Shown: piece by piece, positions 1 through 13,474 of the stretch
Layout: each line of letters opens with the position of its first letter
How positions within the stretch are numbered: the stretch's first letter is position 1
Assembly (NCBI GenBank): GCA_050084515.1
Contig: CM114271.1
Coordinates: 28,892,001-28,956,000, forward strand
DNA from: Blasia pusilla
Lineage: Eukaryota
Direction: 5' to 3'
Length of the DNA stretch: 64,000 nt
Translations under genes and position numbers: made by a program
Notes under the pieces: model-generated
The model's database searches: none
What the model was told of the DNA's origin: nothing
Seen by the model: only the letters and a program-made list of their open reading frames with translations

Positions 1-323
1 AAGACTGGAGTCTACCGGTACTGTGGAGACGGAGGAGGAGGAGGAGGAGAAGAGGAATACGACGACGACTGCTGGTGCTGCTGTGTTTCTCTCGGTGGAA
101 ACAGAGTAGGCGTATGTCCGTCCCTCGCGATTGCTGCTGCTGCTGCTGGCGCTGCAGTGGAGTGGAGGAGATTGTCCATGAGTGTTAGCGCATCTGGCGA
201 GGAAGGCGACTAGATCTGTGAAGCTGGCTGGCGTGGCGATCCACGCGAAGTGACAGACAGAGGGTTTTAGGACTCCGGCTGGTGCCACCGACCAGGGAGT
301 TGCATTAGAGATATTTTATTGCG

Positions 324-373
324 AGAGAGAGAGACAGAGAGAGAGAGAAAGAAAGAAAGAAAGAAAGAAAGAA
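324..373 (+). repeat. (GA)n/(GAAA)n microsatellite in the METTL13 5' leader
   Basis: gagagagagagacagagagagagagaaagaaagaaagaaagaaagaaagaaa directly upstream of ATG 388. Confidence 0.85.
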
Positions 374-387
374 ACGGAGGGGGAGAG

Positions 388-3300
388 ATGGGGAAGATGG
401 GCACGCAAGTGCCGCTGCCCCAGAATCTGAGCGAGTTTCGGGATCCGAAGTACTGGGATGCATTCTTCAAGGCGCGAGGAGGCCGCCCATTCGAGTGGTA
501 TGGGGAGTGGAAGGACATCGCTAATATTTTGATAGCGCAGTGTGCTCTGGTGAAGAATTCGGAGGAGAAGGTTCTGATTCCCGGATGTGGGAATTCAGCT
601 CTCTCAGCCGACATGTACGATGCTGGCTTCACCCACATCACCAATATCGATTTCTCCCGGGTTGTTATAGCTGAAATGCTGCACCAGCATGTCCGATTGC
701 GCCCGCAGATGCGTTGGCTTGTAATGGATATGACTAAAATGCAGGTATTATACTCAAAATTTTAGTATACTTTTTTGTTGTTCCAGCGTTTTTGCTTTCC
801 TGTTTTTGCTCTACAGTTCTGCGTACACCTGAATCATGCAGCTTTAATTGCATCATCTTTTCGGGTGAATTCTTGGAAGAAAGCGGTCGCAAATCTTTTA
901 CTGTCCATCACAACAGGAGCAGATACTGCTGGATATTGAACGCGAATATTTCGTCTCTTTCCTATTTAGCCTTTCACATTGAATCTCTGACTGGAGTGGC
1001 CAACGCTCACTGCGTTATGAAGATGAAGTGGGTCCCCGTTCTCTGCGATGTGAAACCTTGAAAATTTTCCCGTCTCGGGATTCTTAGGCGTACGATTGTA
1101 AGGCCATTATTCAGGACTATAGACTCAGTATCTTGCACCCCGTGCGGAGTAGGTTGGTGAACTCGAATTAGTGATTAAGATAATGGACACCCCAGCTTAA
1201 TATTTCACCACCATCTGTTCACAGATTATTCTAGACTGCGCATCTTCTCGGAATAGACTTTGTATCAGATAATTGAAGGGCAGAGAAAAAAGAAAGGATT
1301 GATCCAGTCGGAATGGTTTGGATGCAGTTCCACCACAATGATTCGCAATGGTCACTGAGAGCTCGTGCGTTGTCTTTCAAATGTGTGCAGTTTTCAGATG
1401 CCTCCTTTGATGTGGTTGTGGACAAGGGAGGATTGGACGCACTTCTCGGGGAACCAGACGAAGATGATTCAGCAGGCGTGTCACTTCTTTCCGAGGTCTG
1501 TGCTAACACTTACCATAAACTGTCGTTCATGGGTTGGTCAGTATCCTCGAAAGACTGGTGATAGTAGAGTCCCTCGCTGCATTGGTGTGGAGGGGCTCCC
1601 GATGACTTGGACTGCCGACTGGATAATTCACCTGCTCGGCCGTTGGACTTGGAAGGTTCATGAGTGGTGATAGTAGAGTCCCTCGCTGCATTGGTGTGGA
1701 GGGGCTCCCGATGACTTGGACTGCCGACTGGATAATTCACCTGCTCGGCCGTTGGACTTGGAAGGTGTAAAGTTGGGGTCCAGTCCCTGTCCTTTGGTGA
1801 TGACAATTATAAGGCAGCATCGTTTGGACTTACGGGAGGGGTGGAAAGGTTTAGGGTGGGTCTGATGTCTCAATACGCAAGGGAATACTCGAACATCACA
1901 TGGTGAATAGCACTCGAAATAACACTAGTCAGAGCCTTCCTAGATGCTTAGGACACTATGAGTGTGGTTTTCCTTCAGAGGTGGAAGGACTTATCGTTTT
2001 GTAAAAATTTGTGCAGGTGAAGCGTGTGCTCAAACCCAATGGTAGATTTGCAGTTATATCTCTAGCTCAACAACACGTAATCGGTAAGTACACATCAACC
2101 ACGTGTGTGCACGATTTTTCATGTTTCTGTGCTTGTTTGTATCTTACAACCAACTTCGCCATCTGGGTTTTTAATGTGTCGGATTATCAGAAACCCAACC
2201 CTAAAACCTCCTGCAAATCATTCACTTGTGGTTCCGCAGAGTTACTATTATCAACATTCAGGGAAGGTTGGCATTTAAGTGTTCACGTATTGCAGTTATC
2301 AAGTGGCTCACCATCAAGTTTGCAACCGTTTATGATAATTGCAAGAAAGGAAAATAGACAGAAGTTACCTCTAGTATCGTTGGACCTTAGTTGGGGTGGT
2401 GCCTCAAATAAATTTCAAGTGAGTCTTCAGTGTACCCTTACCTCCCATGTGTGAGGTAGAACCTTGACATACACTTTTTGTTCATTGATGCTGGTAGAGC
2501 AAAGCCTGAGCCACTAAGTATCTTCCTTTTCTGGCTATATCACACCTTTCTATTGTTGATTTGCAGCTGAGATTGAATCAATAAAATAAGACTTTTTTTC
2601 CAGACATTTTTTGTTCTCTTATGTGTAAGAATTCCGTGCAGATGGAAGATGTCGTTCAAGCTGTGGACAAAGAGAATGTTCTGCGCAGTCAAGGTCCGAC
2701 GGATACTAAGGCTGCTCAAGGTCCTGAGGTCAATCCTCAAGACCTGTATGAAAATCTGCATCCTGGTCGTAGACTTACAACTAAGTTGGGATGTCAAAGA
2801 TCGCAATTCACATACTCGGTTGTAATACTGGATGCTAAAGAAGACATTCAGCCTGAATACAGATGTGCTGTTTTCCTAGTCCCCAAGGTATTTAAGAACC
2901 CTTTAAACTCCCTTGGAAAAAGTCCATATTTAGCAAAATTATTCGAAGGATAAACGTAGTGTTGGGAACTTGCAGTAGTTTGTGAGGGCAAGGATATCAG
3001 TGTCTTACTTGGTTAGGGTTTGGTAGTTGGATTCCTTTTGCTAAAGTACATACAAACAGATTGATGAAAGCCCAATTTAAAGCACTAATGAGAGTTCAAA
3101 CCATAGTGAGCCAAAGGAAAGTAATCCCCACTGTCGTAGCTTTTTAGTGTTGGCAACTGTTCATCCCAATCAAAGCAGACATGATTTGGGGTGTGATGCA
3201 GGGCAGAGCACATGAGTGGCTGTTCTCTTCTACAGAGGGGCAATGGCAGGTAGCGGAGAGTACCAAAGCAGGTCGGCTCATCCTGGTAGATCTGCACTAC

Positions 3301-6300
3301 CGTTTTTCAGGTTCTTTGACTGGCTTGCTGATGTATTTCAAAGGTTAACATCAATGACGCTGCTAGACTGACAATTTCATTTTTATTTTGCAGGTAACCT
3401 TGGATCGAAATCAATATGTTGACAATATTTTAAACGTGAAGGTATGGTTCTGTTAAATTCATTACACCAATACTCATCTTTGTGTGATGACCTGTGTATG
3501 AAGATGCCAACCTGATAATTGAGTTCAGGTGCTCTACAAGACACATGCATAGTGGATAGCATGTATTCTAGTGGTGCTTTCACTATGAGACACCACTCAG
3601 TGTTGTCTTTTTCCTATTGATAGCAATTTTGGAGATAGCTCTCTCATAAAGATATCAAAATGTGTTATTTTCAGGACGACTTGTCCCCACTGGTCAAGTG
3701 TTTGCTACCGCTGGACTGCAGAGATAGTGACAATGTACCGTAAGTTCATTCTCATTTTTGGCCAGATTTTTTACCAAAATTCCAGACACCTTCATTAGAC
3801 AGAAGCTAAAGATGTGGGGAAGCGCTGCAACCACTATGTAATTCAGATGCAATTTCTCTATTCAGTTTTGGAGCAGAATTGTCTAGTTGCGGTCTAGAAT
3901 ATGAGATTGTCATGTACCTTATATTGAGTTCACGAAATAGATTCTGATCATGTGAAATTCACAGAAACAGTCTTTGAGGAGGATGTGTCAAAATTTTCTT
4001 AGTATATTCTGTTGAAATCAGAATTCTACTTCATCTCAGATCTACTTTTAAAACTTTTAAAAGGATAGAAAGATAGTAGATCCCGACAGGATCTTCAACT
4101 GAACCATGTACATGAGGGTAATCACTTACAAACCTGAAAAGAGCAAATCTGAAATGGATTGCATGTAGAACTGATTTACAACTTCTTTTGAGAACTGGGT
4201 GCTTGAATACACAAGTCCTGAAGAGAGGTGGTTGAAACCAAGATGCAGGAGTTTGTGCTAGATTGGTTCTTGGAGCATTCTCCACACCAATGCACATTCC
4301 TTCTTAGTTGATCAAGGCACCAGCAGAGGTTCAGGTATGTAGGAGCTAATCTCAAAACCCACAGCCTTAGAGGGCAGGAGTAGAAGTGAATCAAAGAAGA
4401 AGGGAAGAGAGGGGGAGTTAAATAGTTTCCTACAAGAGACCAGCAGAAGGGACCACTGCATGGTAAGGCAAGGTGGAAGGGCCAGCACAACAGGAGCAGG
4501 CCAGCACACCAGGAATAGGCCAGCACATTATGAGCAGGACAACACAACAGGGGGAGGACAGCACAACAGGCCAGCACAGCAGGGATAGGCCAGCACACCA
4601 TGTGCACAATTAAAAATAACCAAAACTCACAAGAGTAGTTAAAGAGGTAACTAGTAAACTATCTGAGACTTGTAACTATGATAAACTTCCAACCATAGTT
4701 TGCAGAACTAACCATAGTTAAAAAAACTGGAAGAAAACAGCAGACAATTTTATGTGAAATCCTAACATATTCCACAGTAAGGTGGCAGCAGGTGCTGTCA
4801 TATGAAGAGTTCAAAGACTCTGACATTAATGCTCGGAAATAAGCCTGACAGATATGAAACATATTAATTTCCAAATATGTGAGGTCGAGGCAATGAAGGG
4901 TATGCGACAACTGAATGTCAGGAAGGGGTCTGTCCACCTAAAAGAGAATGTGGTTGACTGTTAAATGGGACGGTTGATGTGTCTGCTAGCCACTTCAGAT
5001 CAGACTCAACACAAGCAAGGCAAACTTTCAGCTAAGCTAGTTTTGGCTGCAGGTACATGACACAAGGTGATGGAATTGCAAGCAGGAATATATTGGATGA
5101 AGTAAGTCAACATAACAGTTTGTAGATTGGCCAGTATCAGTGATGTAGCCATGAACAGGTGGTGTTGTTCGTGCCGTTTCCTTATGGGAAGCCTCCCCTT
5201 AGCTAGATCTAAAGGGCCCGATAAGGAGGCAGCCTCAAGACCCTATGGTGATATATCAGTTCCAGGTGTTACTAATTACTGTGGATGTGGTAGTGCCATT
5301 CCTGTTAGCTTGTATCTAAGAGTATTTCCCTTTCTCTTTCTATGATCATGCAGTCTAGAAATTATTTTCACCTTGATGGGTTGATCCTGCTTTGTGTCTT
5401 TTATCAGTGATATGGGTTTTGCTGTGTCTGACTGTGACAAGTGTGGCAGGTTGAGTCACCTTTGACAGGAGCCATGCTGGTAGAGGACGTGGTTTTGTCA
5501 CAAGAAAAGAGTGGCAGCAGTAATTCAGCTGCAGAATGCTTTCGCCGCTTGGTGTTCAGAAGAAATCCAAACCTGATACAGTCAGAGGCTCTTCTGGTTA
5601 GAGTAAAAGTCCCGATTTCCAGTAAAGACAAATTGAAAGCTGCTGGGGAAACTGGTCGCAAGCATGGTACAAGTAAGAAGAGGAATAAGTCTACCAAGGA
5701 AGCCAATTCTACAGGTAGGTGTAGCCACAGAATATGGTACTTAATACAAGTTGTGCTAGTGCATGTCATGTTGATGTACATTAATATGAACATGACTTCA
5801 TTTACTCAAAGGTCCAGTTATCACTTTGCTAGTAGTAGTTGGTTACCTGTTGTACATCAAATCAGCTATGGCATCCACCTTGCAAATTCTTTTATCACAA
5901 AAGCCGGGAACACAGTTGAGTGAACAGAAAAAAATGTTGATTTGATACAGTTGAGGAGCTGAGAGTGGACCACAGCTACTTGGCAAGTCCATATCATGGA
6001 GGAATGACTGCGGCACTCATTTTGATCGCTAATGATCTGGAGCAGTGGTTGGCTTCAAAGCAACAAGTACATGAATTAATCAATCTTTTTATTTACTTCC
6101 GATGTGCTATCTGAAGTTGTGAAGAAGCTAGCCAGTATGTCCACACAAAACAAATATATAATTTACTATAGAGGGACTTTCTGCAGGGCCCATCCAGAGT
6201 GAGCAAGTCTTGCTTTCTGTGATATTTCTCCATAGACATGGCACGTCAGCTATGGACGTGTGTACTCAAGAATTGTAATCTCTAGGGATTGATATGAGCG

Positions 6301-8255
6301 ATGTACTAAATGGTACCTCTGTTTTCTTGTCCTGGGCTGGTTTTGCAACAGACGAGGTGCATGATTGTAGGGCTTGGTGCAGGATTACTTCCTATGTTTG
6401 TCCACAATCATCTCCCTTTTGATGATATCAAGGTGCTTCTCAAGAAAACCTATCATATTTAAGTGGTGATGTGCATGCCTTTTAATTGGAGGGTTTGAAT
6501 GTGGATGTTTACGGAGTTTTGGCTTCTTGTGTTCCAGATTGTAGAGTTAGACCCTGTAGTTGGTGATGTGGCAAAGCGGCACTTTGGATTCATCGAGGAT
6601 GATCGAATGAAGGTTTGTCAACTCTGACATCTATCCACTTGTGCTTCTCAGTCTGTCCGACTCTGAGAAGGCTTCTTAGATTTGTTCCAGAAATTTAAGG
6701 GGATTGAGGACTTCTGAAAAAAATGCTTTTCACCTGTCAAGTTTGGTCACTGTGCCTGTTTAAATCATTGTTTAGAGATACGCAACTACCCGGTTTGTCT
6801 ACCATCTACTAGATAATATGTGATCTATAGCGGGTGCTTGTAGGTAGTGACATGAGTTTTTTTTTTCCAGATGAATGTAGGAATCAATAATGGGTTTGCA
6901 TTTAATTTCTGAAAATGCAGCTTCAAATTGGAGATGGAATTGTTGCTGTGCAAGCAATTGCCACTGCTGTACGAGAGCGGGAGGGAGCTGCATTGGAAGG
7001 GCATGTTGATACGTCACACAGTGTCCAAGCTCTCGAGGATGCCGCAGGTCAAAAGCAAGAAATGGTCTCTAGATCTTCTCTATCTCTGCCATCATTAAGC
7101 ACCCTACAACTGGATGAGGACAAAACAATTCATCAGAGCGAGGGAGCTCCCACTTCAGACTCAAGACTTCATGTTCTCATAATCGATGCAGACTCCGAAG
7201 ATCCAAGGTAGACCAGTGAGGAATCATGTCCAAATGTAATCTTCTTGTGACAGTTTGGTCTAGAGTAGGTTCCTTGGGTCCTTTCTTTTTTGTTTTTTCA
7301 GAGTGTCTTTTTAAGCCCCAAGGATTATCAACAAGTTGGCACTCCAGATGTGGCAGAGCTTTATGCTGGACTATATGCTTAAGCGTTTTGTTCATATGAT
7401 CATTTTGAAGCCAAAAATCATTCTATTACCCATGGACTTATACACTGGGCTGGTCGGAAACTACAACGTATGAGAAACGTCTTAGGAATTGTCATTGGCT
7501 TGACTTCACTCTTGTGGTTGCAGCTCAGGATTGAGTTGTCCACCTCCAGAATTTTTGGAAGATTCGTTTCTCCTAGCTGCGAAAGACTCCCTGATGGAAG
7601 GTGGCGTACTGATCATAAATGTGGTATCAAGGGCAACCTCACATCATGTAACATACGTGGCTCAATTAAAGAAGGTACAGAAGAGTGAGAGATCAAGAAA
7701 ACTGAGAATTGCAGAGAGGCAGTAAATTTTTCTTGATTAAAGTATTTAGGCCTCAGGGTAGTGTATAGTTAGGTATTAGGTGTAGTGACGTTAATGGACT
7801 CACTAGGGACCTCCTATCTGAATCTTTGTTGAGTAGCACGTGAATCTGCTTCCACGGTTCTGTGCATGTTATCAGTTTGCAGGTGATTTCATATCCACAC
7901 TTCTTGTTGGATATGGGATAAGATTTCCTGTTGCTTTTCCTCAGTCCATCACGTCTGGTTTTAAGTTGGTAATAAAGTGCTGAACTTCAATTGCAAAAAT
8001 ACAAAATTGGTAGCTGCATTAACTATCTTACCACACTACGGTTGCGTGCAGATTTTCAGTGAAGTCTACGACATCGAGGTGAATGAAGATGTGAATAGGG
8101 TACTCATTGCATTGCCCCAGCCAAAGAAAAGGGGTAAATCAGGTGATATTTTGGAAGACCTTTCGAAGTTAGAGAAAATAGTGACACAATTTGGTCCATG
8201 GGGAAGTGGACCAAACTTGAAAGATATTGTAAAGGATCTGAAACGAATAAAGTAG
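388..8255 (+). CDS. METTL13: eEF1A lysine and N-terminal methyltransferase (METTL13/eEF1A-KNMT homolog), 16 exons, ~792 aa. Exons: 388-744, 1391-1495, 2017-2083, 2240-2418, 2642-2887, 3202-3285, 3394-3441, 3675-3739, 5053-5101, 5450-5714, 5951-6066, 6352-6432, 6538-6612, 6921-7207, 7524-7674, 8052-8255
   Basis: Exons spliced by hand with GT-AG borders and consistent phases give one 2379-nt frame. N-terminal class I MTase motifs: YWDAFF, PFEWYG, VLIPGCGNS, ITNIDFS, MDMTKM, FDVVVDKGGLDAL. Linker GRAHEWLFSSTEGQWQ. Second, spermidine-synthase-like MTase domain: VDHSYLASPYH, IVGLGAGLLPMF, IVELDPVV, IGDG, LIIDADSEDP, SCPPPEFL. This two-domain layout is characteristic of METTL13. Confidence 0.95.
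1556..1766. repeat. Tandem duplication of 102 bp in METTL13 intron 2
   Basis: 1556-1657 and 1665-1766 read as the same sequence (tggtgatagtagagtccctc...ggacttggaaggt), separated by 7 bp (tcatgag). Confidence 0.95.
4478..4600. repeat. Degenerate minisatellite (core GGCCAGCACA) in METTL13 intron 8
   Basis: About 6-7 imperfect ~19-bp units such as aggccagcacaccaggaat / aggccagcacattatgagc. Confidence 0.7.
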
Positions 8256-11200
8256 TTAGTTACCAAATCCCAGAAATTATACAAAACATGTCTTCTCAAT
8301 TTAAAACGAGGGATCTGTCAGAAGAGAAGTTTCTTGCCAGCAGTAGTCAACCCTTGGCCATCCCACAACACATTCGATCTACAAGACTTCCAAATAGTGA
8401 GAGCGGACTGGAAAATATTCGCACTCCCTTTCTCTTCCTGTTTTGTTGTTTCATGTGCATACGGGAGTTACTGACTGGCATATCATGAGTTCTTTCAAAC
8501 AAGGAGTCAGTGTTATTACCGTAACTATTCAGATGTTTCGCTGTTCCGCCCCAGTGGCCTGTGTGTTCAATCCTATCATGCCTACCAATGAGAGAAACTT
8601 GTATCTTGAATCATGTTCTTGAATAAAAAGGTCTGATCCAGTCGAGTGTCGAAGATAAACGAGCTTATGAGGAACATTTCTCAGTGTATCGCGAGACCCC
8701 CTATTACCTTCTACACCACCTCCCCATAATTAGAGTAACGTCTGAGAATAGTGTTTCTTGTACATGGGACCTTTGTGGATGTCTGTCTACCTTTTGTATA
8801 CAGTTTTCGATAGAATCCCGTGCGGTTCACCTGCGCATACTCAACTATTGAGAAGTGCTTAGTATGATCTGTCAATACCTCATGTGATTTCCACAACCAA
8901 ATCACTTTCTGTTAGAATAAATGGCCCACACGAGATAAGTTGTGCTACAAGTGGGTGGTGTCCACGCCATAAAATGCCTAACATCAACCCAAAGCAGAGA
9001 TAATCGCAATCAGGTCTGCAACACGTAAGTTTGTCACCGTCTGGAAAATGTTCGTCTTTGCATGTCCAATTCGCCTTTTATCACTTCTTAGGTCCACCGT
9101 GACTCAGGTCGTAAGGTGACGTTCGGCGTCCATGGAAAACATGAAACATCGACCAATGTCGGTGTAGTGTTTTCGCAGTGAAAACAATCTATGCACCCAA
9201 TGATGCGGTAGGACAGTATATTAGGTCTAGATACCACGGTACCTAAACTTTAGAGAGTGAAACATGAATAAAAGAACCGCTTAAAAGAGGGGGGACCTTA
9301 GAGAATATTGAGGCCACGCCCGACGCGACGATATATATATGACATGGAGCTTTCAATTTCGGAAGGTATCAAAATTTGGTGCACCTAGTCGAGCTCTAAA
9401 AGTAAAATTCTGAACTTTCACTCTGAAGAAAGAACTCAATTATGTGAAGAGGGTGAGCAGGCATCACTCCACATGCTACAGCATAGATCCGCAGAGAATC
9501 GGGGACCGAGTTGGCTTGTTGAGATTCCCATTTCTTTTAGCTGATTACCTGCAACGACCGGGTCGAAAAGACGTGTTGTCTCTGTATTTGTATTTTGGAT
9601 CCACCCGCCAGAATCGGAGGAACAAACTTCGAAAATTACCGTCTACGATATATGAAAATACTGGTTCAAAAATAAACAAAAATTAAAATTAGAAAAATTC
9701 CTACCCAGACTTGGCTCATACAAATCCCACCAGCATCACATGAGTGGATCGACCCTCCCTGCAGGTAGTGAGGTGTCATGCATGGAGTTTCCGGGGAGGC
9801 TTCCGGAAGGCCCGATAGCTTGCCGGTGTTTGACAATCGGCAACAGTTAATAAACAGATATATCCTATACAAAGAAGCTTCTCAAGTCCAATCGATTTTC
9901 CGCAGACAATTTGAAAATAAAAACGGAAAATACTGATTTTAACCGATCAGGTTTACTCGTAACCCCATATCTCCCCTATCATTGGTGTCATGCACTGGTA
10001 TTTAATGGCTCAAAATAATGAGTGGTTCAAATCAAATACGAATTAAAATAAATTTTGAAACTCTATTTTATTTCCCACCTTGATCGAAGCTCAAGAATTA
10101 CAAACCAAAACTCGACCACGTGTTGGAAAATCCACAACTCAATCATACGATTGCCGCATAAGAATAAAATGCTCATTTGATTCTTATCCCTAAGAAAGAA
10201 CGGCACTTTTCCGCGCTCCGTAATTAATTCCACTACTCGGTGTTAGAATACGCCATCGACGGTCGCCGGTGGAGTGTGCCATCGACGGTGGAAAATAGGC
10301 AACGTGTAGAGGAGGCGCTGAGCGACGCGCAAGATTCTCGCCACGTGGAGAGTTTTAAGTGCAACGAATGGTTCGGGATCCCATCCTGTGACATCCTTTT
10401 GGTTGACGTGGAGCTTTCCTAGGGCATCGTACTCCCTGGCCTTGTATTTTTCCCTGGCCATTCACAAACGAGTGACACCTGGAACGCCTGCGCCTTCTCG
10501 GGGAGAACGAATTCAGTCAACTTTAACGAACGAACGAATCATCTGTATTCGCGAATCGCGATTCTCTGGCGGCTGATTTCGAAATCCGACCTTTTTCCAC
10601 AGCCTCCCTTTCCAGCCTTCCGATCGTGTGTCCGATGGTTTCCATCGACGGCCCTAACGCAAGTGGGTTACGCTAATACGACAGCCGAGAAACCGTCAAT
10701 GCTGCTGAAGTATGGTCGTGAACCCCCCGCATGTGGAAGTATAGTTAACACTGGTAAAATTAGTAAGTCCATGCCCATGGAGTCCTATTTTTCATTAATA
10801 ATTATTTTCTGAAATATTCTTATTTCAAAAAAAATTATCCTTTAAAAAAGTTAATGTGCCATCACTCATAAACATTTTCTCCTTAACTATAAATTTTGAT
10901 AAAAGATAAATTTGAGCAACATTCCCACCTTTACACAAAAATTATGTAAATATGAATGTCATCTATATTACTAAAATAGGAGCTTCCTTCCTCGGAAAGT
11001 AAGTGGGCGCTTCCTTAAGGACAAACCGTTCTTCATTTTGAGAATAATTCTAATCTCTAAAAGAAAATTAAATCCATTTTATTATGAGTGATGGCACATT
11101 CATTTTTCTACTTGTAACTTACTAAAAAATTTTAATTAATTTTTATTCGTCTCATCGCACATAAATTTTACTTATATGTAATACATAAATTATATATATG

Positions 11201-13474
11201 AATATATATATTTATATATTTATATATTTACATATTCTTTCTTTCACCAAAATCTTTCAACGGGGGTTACAAAACTTTTAATTCAAATTGATTAATTTAT
11301 TGCCAATGTTTTGAAGTGCCCAACTAAAAAGGAAATACACACGAACAAACAATATATCCCACGGACAACTATTCTAGAGATTAAGAGCTTTTATCTACAT
11401 GAATCTTCTTATATAAAGATACATTTCTTTGGGCTTGAAATCTTTGCAATTAAATTAGAATTTTACAGTAAAATCCATACTTGATTTTCTAACATTTCCT
11501 ATTTATTTATTTTATGTATTTAAAAATATATTTAAAATAAAATTTATTTTCTCAATATGCCTACGGATGTGCGCGAGGCAAGAACCATGAGTCCCCTCCA
11601 CTATCATACTTCATAGAATAGGGCGAATTAAATCTTTTTGAGATTTGGCCCAATTAAACCTCGACACAGAAAGTTAGAACGCGTGTATCGTCATGTATGG
11701 CTAGAAGGTCCTCAAGGCGTATATGGGGAGATCTAACTAACTCGGCCTCTAAATATAGGACGGAGAGAGATAAGATCGTTAAGAGATGCCCGAGGACAAC
11801 AAGGGGTAAGTCACACATAGAGACAAGAAGTAAACAACAAAATTTAATAAATAAATACATCTCTAGGGTAAGGTTTAACATGACCACATATTGATGATTT
11901 CATAGTACATTCCGTTGCTTGGGATAGGACATATTTTCCCCCCTTCATAACTTGGGACCCAGAGAGGTGAAATGACAAACGAAGTTCGAATGACGAGAGG
12001 AATGTGTCGCATAAGACCCAAATTCCAAGATGGATTGTACAAAAGAGGGGGGAAAGGCCCATCGTCTTGGGAGTAGCGTTTTGAAATGGTTGGTTGCGTA
12101 TGCTTGATTGTAGGGATGCTTTCTTTTCTTTGATCTTTCGTTCTATCTCGCGAGCCCCTCCTCCAATCAGAGATGAAAAGACGCTCATGGAAAGTTTAAT
12201 CAAGTCCCCAAAGGGGGTCACCAACCGCATAAGACACTCTGGTTATGGCTGGTCCCCAAAGGATATCCTTAGAATGCTCATCATGTCCTAAGCGTAGTGA
12301 AGATGTGAGTCTTCCATGCATCACTAGGGACTTTCAGCAATTTTTGGCGGCTATGATCTTTGGGTAGAAGAGAAGAAGCCCTATGCATCCATAAGGTGTG
12401 GTTGAATTAGTTTGGGCTCAACTTTTGTGGAGTTGGTGGGCCTGAGTATGATTTCCGATTCCCTCCAAGTCAAGGCTCGGCTAGTGCCGGCATTCTTTGT
12501 AAAGTCTTCCGACATAATTTTAGAATTTCTAAAAGGATTTAAACTTGACCGGAAGAAAACCGATGAGAAAAATCCAATGATCGGAAACGAGCTGCTCAGT
12601 TAGAAAATTGACGGCAATTTTGAGGAAAATTTTCAGGAGAGTCCGGTAATCTTTATGAATTAAATTTTCAGACCTCTTATATTTTCCGGGTAAGAATGAA
12701 TTTTCCAGGTAGCGCCATATGTGTTTCCATGGGACTAGGGTTGGTACTAGGGCAATAGGTACGTTAAGGTACCTTAACTAGCATTAAAAGCTTATCTAAA
12801 CCGGGCACCCGACTAAATTCTTGTTGGAGACTTCCGGGGGAGAAGGGAAACTTGCCGAGCAATCCTGTACGTATCGGCTATAACTGGAACATGAGAAAAT
12901 TTGACGGGAACAACTGAGTAAACTAGTGAAAAGTCGGGGGAGAACCGACTGCTTTTAGAGAATACCTAGAGGGTTACCCATGTGCCGGAAAAAAACTGGA
13001 TAGGTGAAAAATACTACTGCTTCCTCCAGCTTTGTCTTTAGCCTCATACATGATGCTTTGATTGTGAACCAAGTTGCTCCATAGATTCAAGGTTCAAGGC
13101 CTAAGATATATGAGGGTAGGCCTAAGATATATGAGGGGAGAATGTGGTGCTTGAAATAGCGATCAAGGCACTAGAAGGTATCTTCTAAGACTTGTTTGGT
13201 CAAAGTACTAGTACCATGCCTCCCATCTCAGAGGAGAAATTGGTTGAATTCCTTAGTGTGTGTTCTACCTAGCCCTCCCTCTTCTATGTTTTCTTCCTCA
13301 TCTCTACATCGACTCCTCGTTAGTAGTTTTCTCTCAAGTGGCATCTACATTCCTAAATCAAAATTAATCTCTCTACTACATGAAAATATTTCCCTCGCTT
13401 GGATTGAAATCTTATATAATCAAATAAAACTTATATATCTTCACATCTTGAGACTCTACGTTAATATGTTAAAA

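Noticed and set aside
267-644. 125-aa minus-strand ORF
   Set aside because: Antisense shadow of METTL13 exon 1 and the GA microsatellite.
8900-10950. DNA transposon or promoter downstream of METTL13
   Set aside because: TE-like composition, but I could not find convincing TIRs, TSDs or coding motifs.
11650-13200. Captured gene fragment inside the Helitron (ORF 11844-12230)
   Set aside because: Looks like decayed coding sequence, but no family could be recognised.
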